Below are positions 11,282 through 27,734 of a DNA stretch of 64,000 nucleotides, in pieces. Where the stretch lies: NCBI RefSeq assembly GCF_009914755.1, contig NC_060926.1; one strand, written 5' to 3'. Source of the DNA: the human T2T-CHM13v2.0 reference genome, Homo sapiens. Positions within the stretch are counted from its first letter, which is position 1. Each line of letters starts with the position of its first letter. The translations under genes were made by a program, and so were the position numbers. The notes under the pieces are model-generated. The model was not told the origin of the DNA, made no database searches, and saw only the letters and a program-made list of their open reading frames with translations.

Positions 11282-14027
11282 GTATGTGATTTTCACCATT
11301 TAATAATTATTTCCCTATTCTGTGTGGTGGTTTGAACCCAAAGACAGATTTTAAATCAAACGGACTATATATATTAATTCACTTGGCAAATATTATTGAT
11401 CACCCACTCTGTGCCAGGCACAATTCTCTGTGCTGGAATAGAACAATGATAAAAACAAATACAGTGTTTACATCCTAGTAGAAAGGGGACAAGCCACAAA
11501 CAAATAAGTAAATACATAGTAAGCCAGATGGTGGTAAGCACTATGGAGAAAAATTAAGCAAAAAGAAATACTAGGAAGCACTAGGGAGGGGAGTTTTATA
11601 AGAATGGATAGATAAGGCTTATCTACCTATTAATGTGAACCTTGGCCAAAGACACAAGGGGAAGGGAGGGAAGGACAGCTGAGGGAAGAGCAGAGGAAAC
11701 ATGTTAAAGGAAATTAGCACCTACTGGGGAATAAGTGAAAGGGTGGGGCGGGATCGAGTGGTAGAAGAGAAGGCAGAGAGATAACAGGGAACCAGGTGGT
11801 GTAGGGTGTTTTTGCCACCTGCAAGTGTGAAGTCGAATCCTTAATCAACAAAACTGAGACTTATAGTGGAAGTTCATATGATGGAGTGCCTGTGAAAGAA
11901 CTACTTGAACAAAATATATGCATTTCTGCACTTTTATGTCTTGCATATGTTCTCCAATTCTAAAAATGAATAATATAAAATAATTGTGAAAATAATACTG
12001 TTAATATTTATACAAAATAAAATGCATTTGTCCTGAGATTCTAAGGGAATCTTATATCCCTACAAATTCTTGTTTCACAAATTGAGAAAATAAGACATGA
12101 AATCATGAAGCAAAATTGAAATGGACTTTTCACAGCCTTCATTAATATTTGGAGCTTACCTAAAAGTCTTTACATTGCATATATTATAACCTAAAAATGG
12201 AAATCTACCAATTTGGATATTGCCATGCATATTTACAAATAGCTATGTGGATGACCTTGTGGTAAGGAGCTCTGAGATGTGTTAGGGCAAAAAATTCTGA
12301 TGGAAGCCAACTGGAAAGTTAAACACATACATGCCCACTCACGTAGGAATTTGTTTTGTTGCATCTCCTATCTTTCAATGTTGTCACAAACACATTTTTT
12401 AAAATATAACTTTCTTATAAGGACCTTTTAATGGAATTTGTCATTGAATTTAGCTTGTTAGAGTAATTTGACACTTGAAATCTCAGACTTTCTTAACCAT
12501 GCTGACAATTATACTAGCTTAAAATAATCCTGACTTTCTCTGTTCTTGGCGAAGATATTTTTGGCATTTTTAATGCAGTCACACAATATCAAAAAGTTAC
12601 GTTAATAGATAGGGATAGATATATATATATCTCAATATAGAAAACAATTTCCCAAGTTTTAAAAAAATTATTAAAAGTTGTATTAGTGACACTTAATGAG
12701 AAAATGACATTACCCGGAATACTCTGAGATTATGAAATGCATAACTCATCCTCTACAATATATTCATTAGAGTGTATAAATTCTTTATAATCTTTTAGTG
12801 TCTAATATATGCATCCTTTACTTAATGAATACTTAGATATCTGAGGGCTGATGATTTTATAATATTTGTATTTATATCACCAACATATCTAAAGGCCTTT
12901 ATCTAGTTTCTTAAAGCAAAATACTACATCTCTCATTATGCTCTTTACCAAAACCTCAGTGTGCCCTTCATTATAAAGGTGAATTTCTTATTTTTCTTTT
13001 TTTGAATCAAAAAGTAAAAAGTTTTCTTTGGATATCTCTGTAGTAAGCCATATTAGGATACCTGTCTTTCTCACATTATTGGTATCCTAATAATTCCAAT
13101 AATACAGTTTGAACACTTGGGACTTGTTTATGATTATTATATAGAACATTTATACAATTTTATTGACTGGGGCATCAAGTACCAATCCTGTTCTTACATG
13201 CCAAATGTTTATTAAATTTATTCCAATATTTCGTAACTACATTTTCTCCAACACCTTACAGTGATATTCTCTCCTCCCTCAAAAGAAAAAACAATAATTA
13301 AGTAGGTCAGAGTTGTTACTTGTTCCGGAGTGCTACACTCTCTGATACTCTCTGAGTATCCCTGGCAAGGATAGAAAATTTAATAACCAGCAAAGTAAAG
13401 ATGGCTTATTTTCCTCCTCCCTCCCTCCTTCCTGCTCTCCCTTCCTTTCTTTCTTTATTCCACAGATATATTAAGTATCTTTTATTGTTCCAGGCATTAG
13501 GTAGAGAGTGTTCTGTGCCGGGTCATTGCTAAGCCATGAGATAAATCAGGGATTCCAAAGTTGTATCTTAACACCAGTTGAAGAAACTGACATAAATTCT
13601 ATTTCTCAAGACACTTTCACAAAAAACTTATTTTGGTCTGCAGTTGTGACAGTCTTTTGGATGACTCGGCAACATTTTATAAAATATACATCCAAAAATC
13701 TCATGAGGTTAAATGTTTTGTTCCTATTTGTTAGAGGAAGCTTATTTTAACAGAAATAAAAATCGTTTTGTTAATTCAAGCCATTTACTTTGGCTCAAAA
13801 GCCTGCAAATGGGTAGATAATAGAAAATTATTACTGACCCATTGCACATCAACATATACAAGAAAATGCAATGAGTTCTCCCTAAAGAATTTGGTCCAGT
13901 AATTTGCATCTTTTAAGGGGTACAGTACCTTGCTGTTCATTTTTTCACTAACCAGAATCTTCAATTTCTTAGTTTACGTGGTTTTGGATTTTGGCTTTTC
14001 TTATTGTTTTTGTTTTTGTATTTACAG

Positions 14028-14184
14028 TCCTTTGAGCGAGTGTTGGTAGAAAACAAGCTGCATGGCCTCTCTCCAGCTCTCTCTGAAGCCATCCAGAGCA
14101 TTTCCAGATGGGAACTGGTGCAAGCTGCTTTGCCTCATGTCCTCCACTGCACTGCAACCCTGCTTTCAAACCGAAACAAGCTAG
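14028..14184 (+). CDS. UNC80: UNC80 coding exon 3 (157 nt)
   Basis: tttacag|TCC acceptor, CTAG|gttggt donor; SFERVLVENKLHG...LLSNRNKL. Confidence 0.96.
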
Positions 14185-14438
14185 GTTGGTGCCCCGCATT
14201 ACTTCTTTATTGCATGTGATTGCCCTTTGTGTTCAACACTCATCATAATAACCTGTACTGAGTAGTTTCTGTTTTCTCAAGCACTGTGCATATATTATCT
14301 CATTTAATTATCACAAAATCCTCCTCACACTTATACTCATTATTTTCATTTTACCGATAAAGAAACTGGCTGTCTTGTTTTTAATTTTTTAATTTTACAA
14401 GTAATATATGAATATATTCTCCTTTTAACATTAAGATA

Positions 14439-14751
<313 letters not shown>

Positions 14752-15396
14752 TTAAAATATTAGAGGCAAGCTAAGACCTTCACCTGCCCAAGATGAGTCC
14801 TAGCCAAGGTCATCCTTTTTGTTCTCTCAGTTCCTAAAGCAACCACTCTCATGAACTGGGCATATTTGCCTCAGACATTTTCCAGCTTTGTAGTACTGTG
14901 TATGAGTATGTGTGCACATGTGCATAAGAACTATTTTTTAGAATATTTTACAGATTGCTTTTTTCATCTGGCAATGTGTCCTACCCATGTACCCCACGTT
15001 AGCGTACATACTCTTCTCCATCCCATTTCCTCCCCTTGTTTGAGCCTCTGCTCAAATATCACTCCTATAGAGGGACCTTTCTAGGTCACATTGTCTAAAA
15101 TAGGATTGCTTTTATCTTCAGAGTCTATATTTTTAACCACTACGCTGCCTATTTGGAAATATATTTGGGTACCTAACTGAAGAAAAGTGATTCAGCAGTT
15201 TCTGCCCCCATGGCAGCATATCATTCTGCAGAGATTGCGGCCAGTAGGGAAGTCCAAAAAGCAAGAATGAGCCCTGCTAGCAGTGGTTGTAAGAAGTATA
15301 GAGAAAGGAGGGATATTCTTCCCAGACCCATTGTTGACATCTATTGCCCTGGTCACAGAGTTTTTCTTAACCTGCCTGTGTAATTGTCCCATGCAG

Positions 15397-15698
15397 GCCA
15401 CCAGGATAAATTGGGTGTTGCTGAGACAAAGCTCCTTCACACTCTACACTGGATGCTTCTGGAGGCCCCCCAGGACTGCAACAATGAGCGGTTTGGGGGT
15501 ACAGACCGAGGCTCCAGCTGGGGTGGAAGCAGCAGTGCTTTCATCCACCAGGTTGAAAACCAGGGTTCTCCAGGGCAGCCTTGCCAAAGCAGCTCTAATG
15601 ACGAAGAAGAGAACAACCGAAGAAAGATCTTCCAGAACTCCATGGCTACTGTGGAGCTCTTCGTGTTTCTGTTTGCTCCCCTGGTACACAGGATCAAG
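15397..15698 (+). CDS. UNC80: UNC80 coding exon 4 (302 nt)
   Basis: atgcag|GC acceptor, AAG|gtaagc donor; (G)HQDKLGVAETKLLHTLHW...FAPLVHRIK. Confidence 0.96.
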
Positions 15699-16259
15699 GT
15701 AAGCAGAAACCCAGTGTTAGAGCTGGAGTGGGTGGAGATGTGGTGAGGGTAGACTTCAAATGATATTTCCATATTTGGTTGGGCATGTCTTTGTATGACC
15801 TTACAGCAAGTCAAGGCATGGAGAACTTTATTTCTGTGTTAAACTACTGAACATTGCTTCAAAAACACAAATTTCCACAAAGCCTTTACCTACTTAAAAA
15901 TCTTCAGTGGTTCTCCCTCTGCCTCATGATAATGCCCAACATATTAAGCATAGAATAAAAGGTCAAGCATGATGTAGGGTTTAAATTGCTTTCTTGATTT
16001 ATAGACTGTTGGTCCCTACTGGCCACCTCATGATCCAGCATTTGAAACCATGACAGCCATTCCCTGAATATGCCCTTGCTGATTGCTCTATTCTCCTTTC
16101 CCCGCTCTATTCCTGTCATAGTCCTCAAACTGCAACTTTAATATCATATTTAACATGAAGCTATTCCTTAGACCTCACCATCTAGACTTCATTCCTACCC
16201 CCTTTGCATTTTTATAGCATCTTGTAACTACCTCTCTTATAATACAGGGTCTAAGTTTT

Positions 16260-16552
<293 letters not shown>

Positions 16553-18645
16553 ATAAGTTTTAACTTTTTATGTTCTATGGACTTTTAGACAGTAGGGTAT
16601 AGCCTAAGAATTGCTTTTTAAAATATTTTTAAATGCTTAAAATACAAAACATAGGATTACATGGAAACCAGTTATCTCAAAATGCAATCATATCCACTTG
16701 GAGGAGACAATATAATTTGAAATCACTGTGCCATCACTTTTTAGCTGTGTGATTTTGTTGATATTACTTAACCCCTCAGTTGCTCTAACACGGGGTGAAT
16801 ATATATGTAAGACACACACTGCAGTTCCAATGCATGAAAAGAAATCAAGAACTATTCGTTACTTCTGTGAATGAATAAATTAACAAATTTCACTTAAGTG
16901 CTAAGATAAGAATTGACATGTTCATCTGCTCTTTAATAGAATATTATAACCCAGTGAATGGATCAAGTTAGCAGTGGTTCAAGTTAGTAATATATTTATG
17001 AAGGTGGTTGTGAACATTAACAGTCACCATGAAGGGAACAGACTAGTGAGTATTTTCATTCATTTTTAGTTTCCTAAAAAATTCACTTTCCATTAACTCT
17101 GTCCATTGCTAGGAGAAATAGATTTGAAACCACCTATAAATTCCCAAAATGCAACACATACACTGGCCACATTGCCCATCAAACATACTAAACTCTTTAG
17201 GTGTCAAGTCAAATTAACTTGCCATTTTAAAATCTCTAGCTTCCCATTTTAAAGTATTTTATACAGGTGATACTTAGTAGGAAGCACTGCTTTAATAGGG
17301 ACTGTCCACCTGGCCTGTGAGCTCTGCAGGACCTACCCCTGTGCACCTCCTGGGCCTCATCTCCCTCTATCTCACTGGCCTTTCTCTCATTCACTAACCA
17401 TCTTCAGGCTTGTGGGATTCTCACCCTCAAACTTGACAAGTGCATTTTTGTGTTCAGATCCTTACACTGTTTTTTTCAACTTGAAACACTGACCCTACCT
17501 TCTACACTCAGATTTTCACATAGCCATGTACTTGTCATTGGTTTACTCAGAACTCAAATGGCAACACTTCAGAAAGTACTTCCCTGGCTACTCTCGAGCA
17601 ACTAGCATGCTATCCTACATTTTTTTCCTTGTTAGCACTTACAAGTACCTGGAATTATTTATGCATTTGTCTGCATGTTTGTTGCCCTTCACCCTCACTG
17701 AACAGAGGTCCTTGAGTGAAGGGAGTCTGCCTGTCCTGGTGACAGCTGTATCTCTAGTGTCTCAAATAGTGTCTGTCATATATGAGACTCTCAATAAATA
17801 TTTAATGACTGACACACTGAGTAGACTTGTCATTATTGGAAGCTGATCCAAGTGCTAAAAACAGCATTTTTAGAAATGAAGCCTTTAAAATGGAGAGGAC
17901 AGGAAACAAGTCTTCTTTAAAAGTAGCCCAAAAAAGATGTTTATATGTTGACAAATATCACCTGGAAAAATGTGGGAATATAGGAGTGCCCAGGGTGGAT
18001 GTAATTTTATTTTTAAGACATAGCTGTGAGTCTAAGTTTTGGAAACAGATAAGCCTGTATTTGAATCCAGTGCCTGCTGTGCTCTACTGTAAGACATTGA
18101 GCAAATAATTTATAAACCTCCATTTTCTCAAGTATAAATTGGACCTAAGAATAAATTTATAGGGCATTGTGAAGATTAAACAAGTTATAGTATTCAACTT
18201 GATACAAAGAAATTCATTAACAAATGTTAGTTGTCTTTAGTGTTGGTATTTTATTGCTGCTGGTATTATGTATTATTAGTAGAAAAGGAGCAAGATCTCC
18301 CTTCAGGAGTGACTACTCAAATAATTCGAAAAGCTGACTTAAGACCCTCATGTTTAACTTATGGCTTGGGAATGGAGCATTTATAAAGGAGTAAGACAAT
18401 TCATACAAAATACTACACAGTGATTGATATAAATAAACAATTATAGTTAGTGGTAATAATATATTTATCATTTTTATTATATTATCATTATAGTTTAATC
18501 ATTTTGTCATTGCTATGGGGAAAGCATTGTTCTTGATGCTGTAGAGAATAAAAAGCATTCAGTCAGTAATTTTGGCCACAAGGGCTTTTCTGTTTGAGAG
18601 ATGTCTGGTTTTTTCAAGTTGTTGGGGAATGTACAATCTCTAGAT

Positions 18646-18877
18646 CAGGATTTCTCAGCCTTGGCACTGTTGGCATTTGGGGCCAGATAATTCTTTGTTA
18701 TGGGACACTGTCCTATGCATTGTAGGATATTTAGTACAATCTCTGGCCTCCATCCATTAGATGCCAGTAACACCCCATTGCTCCTGAGTTGTGCCAACCA
18801 CAGATGACTCCAGATGTTGCCAAATGTTCACAGGTGGGTGTGTGGGAGGGAATTGGTCCTGATTGAGAGCCACCGCC
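18646..18877 (+). mobile_element. MER20 (hAT-Charlie DNA transposon)
   Basis: tttctcagccttggcactgttggcatttggggccagataattctttgt...gattgagagccac matches the MER20 consensus as recalled. Confidence 0.8.
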
Positions 18878-21800
18878 TTACATCTTTCATTTGCCTGCCG
18901 TTATCAGGTTCTGTTGGAGCCTATGGTCTTTCCCTACCCATGTAAACTTCCCCTCACCAGCACCATTAACATCCTTTAATCCCTATGCTTCTTTGCAGTT
19001 GCCTTTCATGACTCCAACTCCAGATCAAGACCAAAATTCACATTTTCTATCCCTACCCAGAAATCTGCATGCTGCTGGGGAAACCACACAACCATTCAGA
19101 CTAATGTTTCTGCAACGCTGTAGTCTCTAAACCCAGTGTGCTGCGCTGCCCAGCTTGTCAGTCCTTTCCTTGATTTTTCCCCTCAGGTTCCCACTCAGCA
19201 CTTAGTGTTGCAGGATGGGGCTTGTATAAGACATGGTGCTATAGGAGGCATGGGAAGCCAACATGTAATCAAAGCATGAACCCATGCCTCCATATCCTCA
19301 CCTCCCATTTACTTACTCTTCAATCTCTTATTCTTGCTTCTATTTGCCTCTATTATGTGACAGAAAATTTTCACTGCCATTTCTAATTTTTACAACTACC
19401 CACAGGGATGTGTGTATCTTTGTCTCCATTTTACCAAGAGGGAAATTGAGATCCAGAGAGATAATAGTAAAGACTGTGAGTAACCAAGATGGAATTCAAA
19501 CCCAATCCTATCTGATTTTCTACAAAACTACACTGTTTTTTAGGTTTCTGTACCAGAGTTGTTTTTCTTTTCCACTCAGGTCATGAACAACTTCTGAGTT
19601 GTTGAATCTAATCTCTATTTGCAGCCCTCATTTCATTAAACCTCAGCTGCATTTAAAACTATCATCATGCCCTCTTCTTGAAAGGTTCAGTTCTCCTGAT
19701 GACACCACACCCTTCTGGTTCTTCTTGCATCTCTGACTCTGTCTGTTCTATCTCTATTGAGAGCTCATCTTTGTTGTCTGCCGCTTTAACATTGGGGGTC
19801 CCCAGAGATGCATTCTTGACACTTTGTTCTTCTCACTCTCCTTTCTGCTAGGAAGACTTCCTCTGACTTCATTTACCATGTGTATCCTGCAGGCTGAGGT
19901 CACCTAATTATATATTTCAAATCCAGGCTCCTATCTTTGCCTCTAGAACAAATTGTCAAATGACTTTTCCAAATAAATAATCCATGGGAAATTCAAACTT
20001 CACCTGTAATGAGCCCCGTCCCTAGATTCTATATTTTAGATAATGGATGTATTCACAAAAACTCAAACTACCTTTCACTATCCCTCATCCTTACTTGCAC
20101 ATTCCACTAATCACAGAGTCCCACTCATTTTTTCTCCTAAATATTGCCCAAATTTATTACATATTTTTCATCCCTACTTACTACCTTAACCCAAGCTTGT
20201 ATCATATCTTACATGGACCCTTTACTTGAGCCACTTTCTAACTAGATTCAGTCTCCTGGCTTGTCTCATAAAATCTAACCTCAACACCAAGGTGACCTAT
20301 CAAAAATGTAGACAATATCACCAACATACTTAAAATAATTTGTTAATTTCTCGTCATACAGAGAGTACAACTCCAGCTTCTTAGTCTGGTAAACTGGGCC
20401 CTCTATGACCTGTCTGACTACTTCTCCTGTCTGTGAACTCCAGATGTTTGAAGTCTCTCCAAGAACATAACATACTTTTTTTCAGATCTTTTCTCATGTT
20501 GTTCTTGCTGACCGGAATGCCCTCATACCTCACTTCTCTTTCTAGTAAACTCCTACTTATCCTTTAGGACTTCATTTGAGATCCATCTTTCCCTCTTTCT
20601 CTATTTCCATAATATTCTAGGTACAGCTTTATTGTTATACTTTGTTTATTATCATCCCTTTATGTGGCTTTCTCCCCTACTAGATTCTAAATGGTCTGTT
20701 TGTAGGAATTATCATTGTACCCGTGGTAGCTAACATAGTATCTGTGTTTAATAGGTATTTAATTAATATTAAGTGAATAAATTAGTTCACTAATTTGTAA
20801 ATAAATCTAATATAAATGACTCATCCTTTTGTAACACAGTGTATTATTCAATGCATATTTTATATTTTTTAATTTATAATTAGCTCAAATAGTTTATATA
20901 AAATTCAGTCTGAAAATCCTGTTTAATATATTATTAATTTTAGACCAAATTTAATTTTATCAGTGAAAAATGACGAATATTTGTTAAACTAAGGCATCTT
21001 CTTTAAATATGGTATCAACATTGTCATGATTTTGCCACATTCACTTATTTTTTTTTTTTCAACAAATTCTTATCAAGTGCCTGCTGTATGCTAGCTACTG
21101 TTCAATGTGCTGGAGAAACAGCAAGAAATAAAACAAAAAGCAAGCCCTTCAGGGGATTTTAACCAATCCATATGTGTAAAGTAAACAACTTTAAAATGGA
21201 ACTTAAAATAATAGTTGTTTCTTTAAATCTCTGTAAGCTACTAGTAAATACATTCAGAATTGCTTTATGACATCCTGGAAACAGATTCTCAGTGAAAGCA
21301 AGAAAAGCATCTGAAATGTGGGGATATTGCCTCTACGTGTACTTACACTTCTGGTTTTCTCAGGATCCTTCTAGACTACCTGCTTTACAACTGTTTGAAT
21401 GATAAAGAGTGTCCTCTCCAGTTATTGAGTTTCTGCTTGTGTATGTATACATAGCATTGTGTGTTCCATTAAAAGAAACTCTGGAAGAGACATTAGAGGC
21501 CCAGAGTTTATACATTTATCCAAGTTAGGAAGACTTACAAAGGAAGATACCAACACAAGAGAAGGCCACAGGTGCTACAGGCATTCAGGTCTGAAGAGTG
21601 ATTGGATTTATTTGGAGAAGGTAAAACATGTTCAATTAATGAACATATTAGTTTGGTATTGTACTGATGCTCCAGGAAATGCACAGAAGAAGGAGATCTC
21701 AACTTGTATTCAAGAAATATACAATCTACTTGGAGATGTATTTAGTAAAACAAAATGATGACCATGACAGTCAGTGAGTGCTGTGTCATGCTAATAGATC

Positions 21801-22079
21801 AGATGTTAAAGCCCAGGATTTCAGTATAAGAGAGATCACTCCCTGCTGCAGTTTCCACAGGAGTTTTACTTGTGTTAAGATTTCTCATGAGAAACATGGA
21901 AAAGGACTGAACTCAGAAACTAATCAATAAAACCAGGTCAATTGAGGTTTGGCTTCCTGTATTTGTAGAGACAAATCTGATAAGATTTGCTTAATGTTAA
22001 TTTCCTGCTTCTACATACAATACCATGCAGACCTCCTCGTGTCCATTTCAAGGGAATTTGGGTTACTCTTCTCTTAACT

Positions 22080-22950
22080 CCACAGCTGTCTGTCTAAGTG
22101 CTTACTCGGTATCTCTAGCTTAATGTTCAACAGATATCTCAAACTTAACATGTCTAAAACTAGGCTTCTGAAATCCCCAAACCTGCTCCTCCTTCATCTT
22201 ACCTATCTTTCTTAATCGTGAAGCCAAAAATCCTTGACAACTTTTTCTCTCACACTCCACTTCCAGACTATTAGCAATTTCTGTAAGCTGTGTCTTCAAA
22301 ATGCATTGAGAATCTACCACTTCTCATTTTGCCCTCTATTAGTACCCCCATCTAATCATCTTTCACCTATATAACAATAGCTTCCAAAATAGTCTATTCT
22401 TTCACTGTTGCCCTTTCTCAAACTATTCTCAACAGCCTGAGTGAACCTATTAAAATATATATCCAGTCATGTCACTCTGCTACTTGAAACCTTCAGTGGC
22501 TTCTCATCTTAATAATTGCTAAAGTCCTTATCAAGACCTATCAGGCAGTATATTATTTGACACTCAATGACTTCTCCAATTTTATTTTTTTTTCTGCTTT
22601 TCTCACATTCACTTGACTCTGGGCACACAGTCTCTTGGCTGTTTCTGAACACACTAGGCACACTTAGGGCCTTTGTGTTTGCTGATCCTCTTTCATGGAA
22701 TACTTTTCCTGGAGATAGCTACATGACAGCTCCTTCATTTTGTTCAGAACTTTACTCAAAAGTCACTTTCTCAATAAGGCTTCACCTGATCCTCTGGTCT
22801 AAAATGACAACACTTTGTCTGACACAGCCCTTCACTTCCTCTCTGCACTACGAACAGAGATTTTTGTATGCCTTGTTCACTGTTGTATTTAAAACCTAGA
22901 ATAGTACCGGGTATATGGTAGGTGCTCTATAAATGTTTACAGAATAAATG
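22080..22950 (+). mobile_element. L2 fragment(s)
   Basis: atctcaaacttaacatgtctaaaact and 3' tail ctagaatagtaccgggtatatggtaggtgctctataaatgttt...gaataaatg. Similar L2 pieces occur at about 17280-17810 and 19550-20780. Confidence 0.6.
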
Positions 22951-24204
22951 CAGAATGAATTTAGCCAAATGCTTTATGTGCTTTTCTAATACTTCCACAG
23001 GGAATTCTAAAGACTTTCCCATTGTGGGAACCATGTGGCTCTGTTGCCAAGTGGTGTCAGAATCCCAGTCTAGCCTTTAGGTTTCTTTTCACTAGGTACA
23101 GAGTTGCTTTTGTTTTTCTATTTTTCCAGTTGCTTCTGAGTTCTTTTCCTTCCATCCCAATGGTTTTCAACCTCAGCTATGTGTGAGAGTCATCAGGGGG
23201 ATCTTTAGAAAATCTCTCAGGATTCTAATTTAATGGGTCTGGGTAGGAGAGGTAAGTGATACCTGGGCCTCTTAGATTTAAAAGCTCCCCTGGTGATTAT
23301 AATATGCAAGCTGGGGTTGCAAATCACTGCTCTAAGTGAGTTCCTGGGTCTCAGATGTATTCGTTAATCTGTGATCACATTCTCTGCTTCTATCTTTACA
23401 TTGTTTTGAGAGACTGAAGTGTTTAAGATATAATCTCAGAATGTCATGTATTTGTACTTATACAATATGATAGCAGAGGATATGCTCTTGAAAGATACTT
23501 TAAATCATAGATAAACTGAGTGAGCATGGGTTGTAAAGTCAGCCCTATTCAGCAAGTATTTATTGAGTATCTGTTGTGTACCCAGTTCCTAATGCTATGT
23601 TAAACATTGTGATGATGCTCGGGGCTGAGAGGGAAGGAGGATGCTTGATTTATCCTTGCCCTCAAGAAATTAAAGGTTGTTAAGAAGACAACATTACAAA
23701 ATAATACACTATGAAGGGTCAAATTATATGTGCCTGATTCCATAAAATGTAAGAAAAAAGATGGACTGGACAATAGAATGTCAAAATAGCCAGTATCTGA
23801 GTATTTTGCCTTATGAGGGAGAATAAGGACAACTAAAAAATTAAGAGGAATGATAATAATAACCAAAGTGAAGAGATCTGCCAAGGCTCCTGAAATAAAC
23901 AAGTTTCAATCACTGCAAACACAAAACAATAGTTTGTGTATCCCATGCTTTGCCCAAAGCTATGTTTTGATTGGTCATTAATTTTGGATAAAGCAGACAG
24001 CTGGGATTTTCATAGTAATTGCAGTGATAACTTTGGGTCATTGGTTTACTCTAGAAACATTCATCTGACTAATGAGAGAAGGTTTGGCAGATAAATTCAC
24101 TCTGAAAATAACCTTGTGAGTGATGTTAATCCTTGCATTGATTGGTCCCTTTAAGCAGCTGTTACATGTCAGTTATTGGACATATATCTTCTCCTCCCCC
24201 CTAG

Positions 24205-24328
24205 GAATCTGACCTCACCTTCCGTCTGGCCAGTGGGCTTGTTATATGGCAGCCCATGTGGGAACACAGACAGCCCGGAGTCTCTGGCTTTACCGCACTG
24301 GTGAAGCCCATCAGGAACATCATTACAG
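24205..24328 (+). CDS. UNC80: UNC80 coding exon 5 (124 nt)
   Basis: Pyrimidine tract then ctag|GAA, ACAG|gtttgt donor; ESDLTFRLASGLVIWQPMWEHRQPGVSGFTALVKPIRNIIT. Confidence 0.95.
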
Positions 24329-25117
24329 GTTTGTAACTTGGACACTCAGTAGGACAGTATTAGCAGATTCCCTCACACACAGTAGTTAGAGTGATGGGAT
24401 AATTTGCCCCTAAGAAGTCAAAAAGAAGCAAATATCTACATGTAGTTATTTAAGTGTCCTGATATAGGGCTTACTCACATGAGGAGAAACTACTCTGAAT
24501 CAAGAGCATGGACTTTGGGCAATTCATTTAGACTTCCTGTGCCTCAGCTTCCTCATCTGTAAACTGGGAATTTAAATATCATATTAATACTACTTACAAG
24601 ATTGTTATGAGGAATGGAGCTAATATATGTAAAACTGCTTAGAAGAATGTCTGGCACATAGTAAGTGGCAGCTGCGATTATTATTATTATTATGTTATCA
24701 TCATCATCATGGTAAATGGAGCAGGGGCTCCTTAACAAAATCATCTTAGTGTTGTATTGTTATCAAAGCATTTCTCTTCAGGAATTATCTAATGAAATAG
24801 TCCCACTGTTCAACTGTAGAAAGAACACAACATCATAGATTGAAAAGTGCATAGCAGGCTCACACTGTCTACCTCCAAGTCTCCAAATCTATCTCTTACT
24901 ATGTATATAACCTAACTTTCCTAAGCATTTCCATTTATGTAAAATTGAGGTGATAATGCCACCTTATAGGGCTTTTTAGTAAGAAGTAAATGAGAGTGCA
25001 TTAAGTGCCTGCTTTATAGTAAGTGCTTAATAAATTCTAGTCTTCTATTCCCAACTCTATTTTTAGTATTAATAATAAAATTTAAAAAGAAATAAATTAT
25101 GTGGAAAATCTACAGAA

Positions 25118-25120
<3 letters not shown>

Positions 25121-25148
<28 letters not shown>
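25121..25148. repeat. (TA)n microsatellite
   Basis: 14 consecutive TA units. Confidence 0.9.
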
Positions 25149-25151
<3 letters not shown>

Positions 25152-25640
25152 ATATATTTTTAAAATACACCACACACATATATATAATTTGCTTAATTCA
25201 TAAGGGTTTTGTGCAGACAATGGACAATCTTTTTTATTAACATATAAGCTATAATTTAACACATATATAAAAACTACTAAGAAACCAGACTCAGCTTAGA
25301 CAGCATGGCCAGAAGAAAAAGCAATGGCACATGGTGATCTTGATAAATCACCTTCCTTCTCGGCACCAGTTTACTCACAATTTGAATGAGACATTGCCAT
25401 CTTAGTTTCCCACTGTTCCTGGTCCTCAGATAAAGATGTAACTGATTTGAATTTTACCTCCAGGATAGCTTTATGTAATAGTTAAAGCACAGACTCTAAA
25501 GTTAGTCTGGGCTATAACCTTCATGCAAGGGTCAAGTGACCTTGGGCAAGTTTAACTCACTGTGTCTTAGTTTCTTACCCTGTAAAATTGGCATAATAAT
25601 ATGGTAGTATTATTGAGTTATTTTAAGGGTTAAATGAGTT

Positions 25641-27339
<1,699 letters not shown>

Positions 27340-27660
27340 TATGTAAAATGCTTAGGAACTTTGCATATATTAGGTGCTGAGTAGGTGTTAACTATTATTG
27401 TTATTTTCAGTATTGCCAACTTTTTAGCACCTTAACTTACTGAGTCAGACTGAAGAGATGAATATCTACATCAATAACCAAAAAAATGCTAAGATTTTTG
27501 AATTGGTTATTTGAATATCTCTTACAATATGCGTTAATGTCTTCTTTTAAAGTAATAATGTTCTATTAAAATAGCTTTTCTATTTGAAAATGAAATGAAC
27601 TTATGAAATAAAAAGAACTTAAAACCTTACAAAACGATGGAACTTCTTCCGTCTTTTCAG

Positions 27661-27734
27661 CTAAGAGAAGTTCTCCTATCAACAGTCAAAGCCGGACCTG
27701 TGAATCACCAAATCAAGATGCAAGACACTTAGAG
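27661..27734 (+). CDS. UNC80: UNC80 coding exon 6 (74 nt)
   Basis: tcttttcag|CT acceptor, GAG|gttagt donor; (A)KRSSPINSQSRTCESPNQDARHLE. Confidence 0.94.
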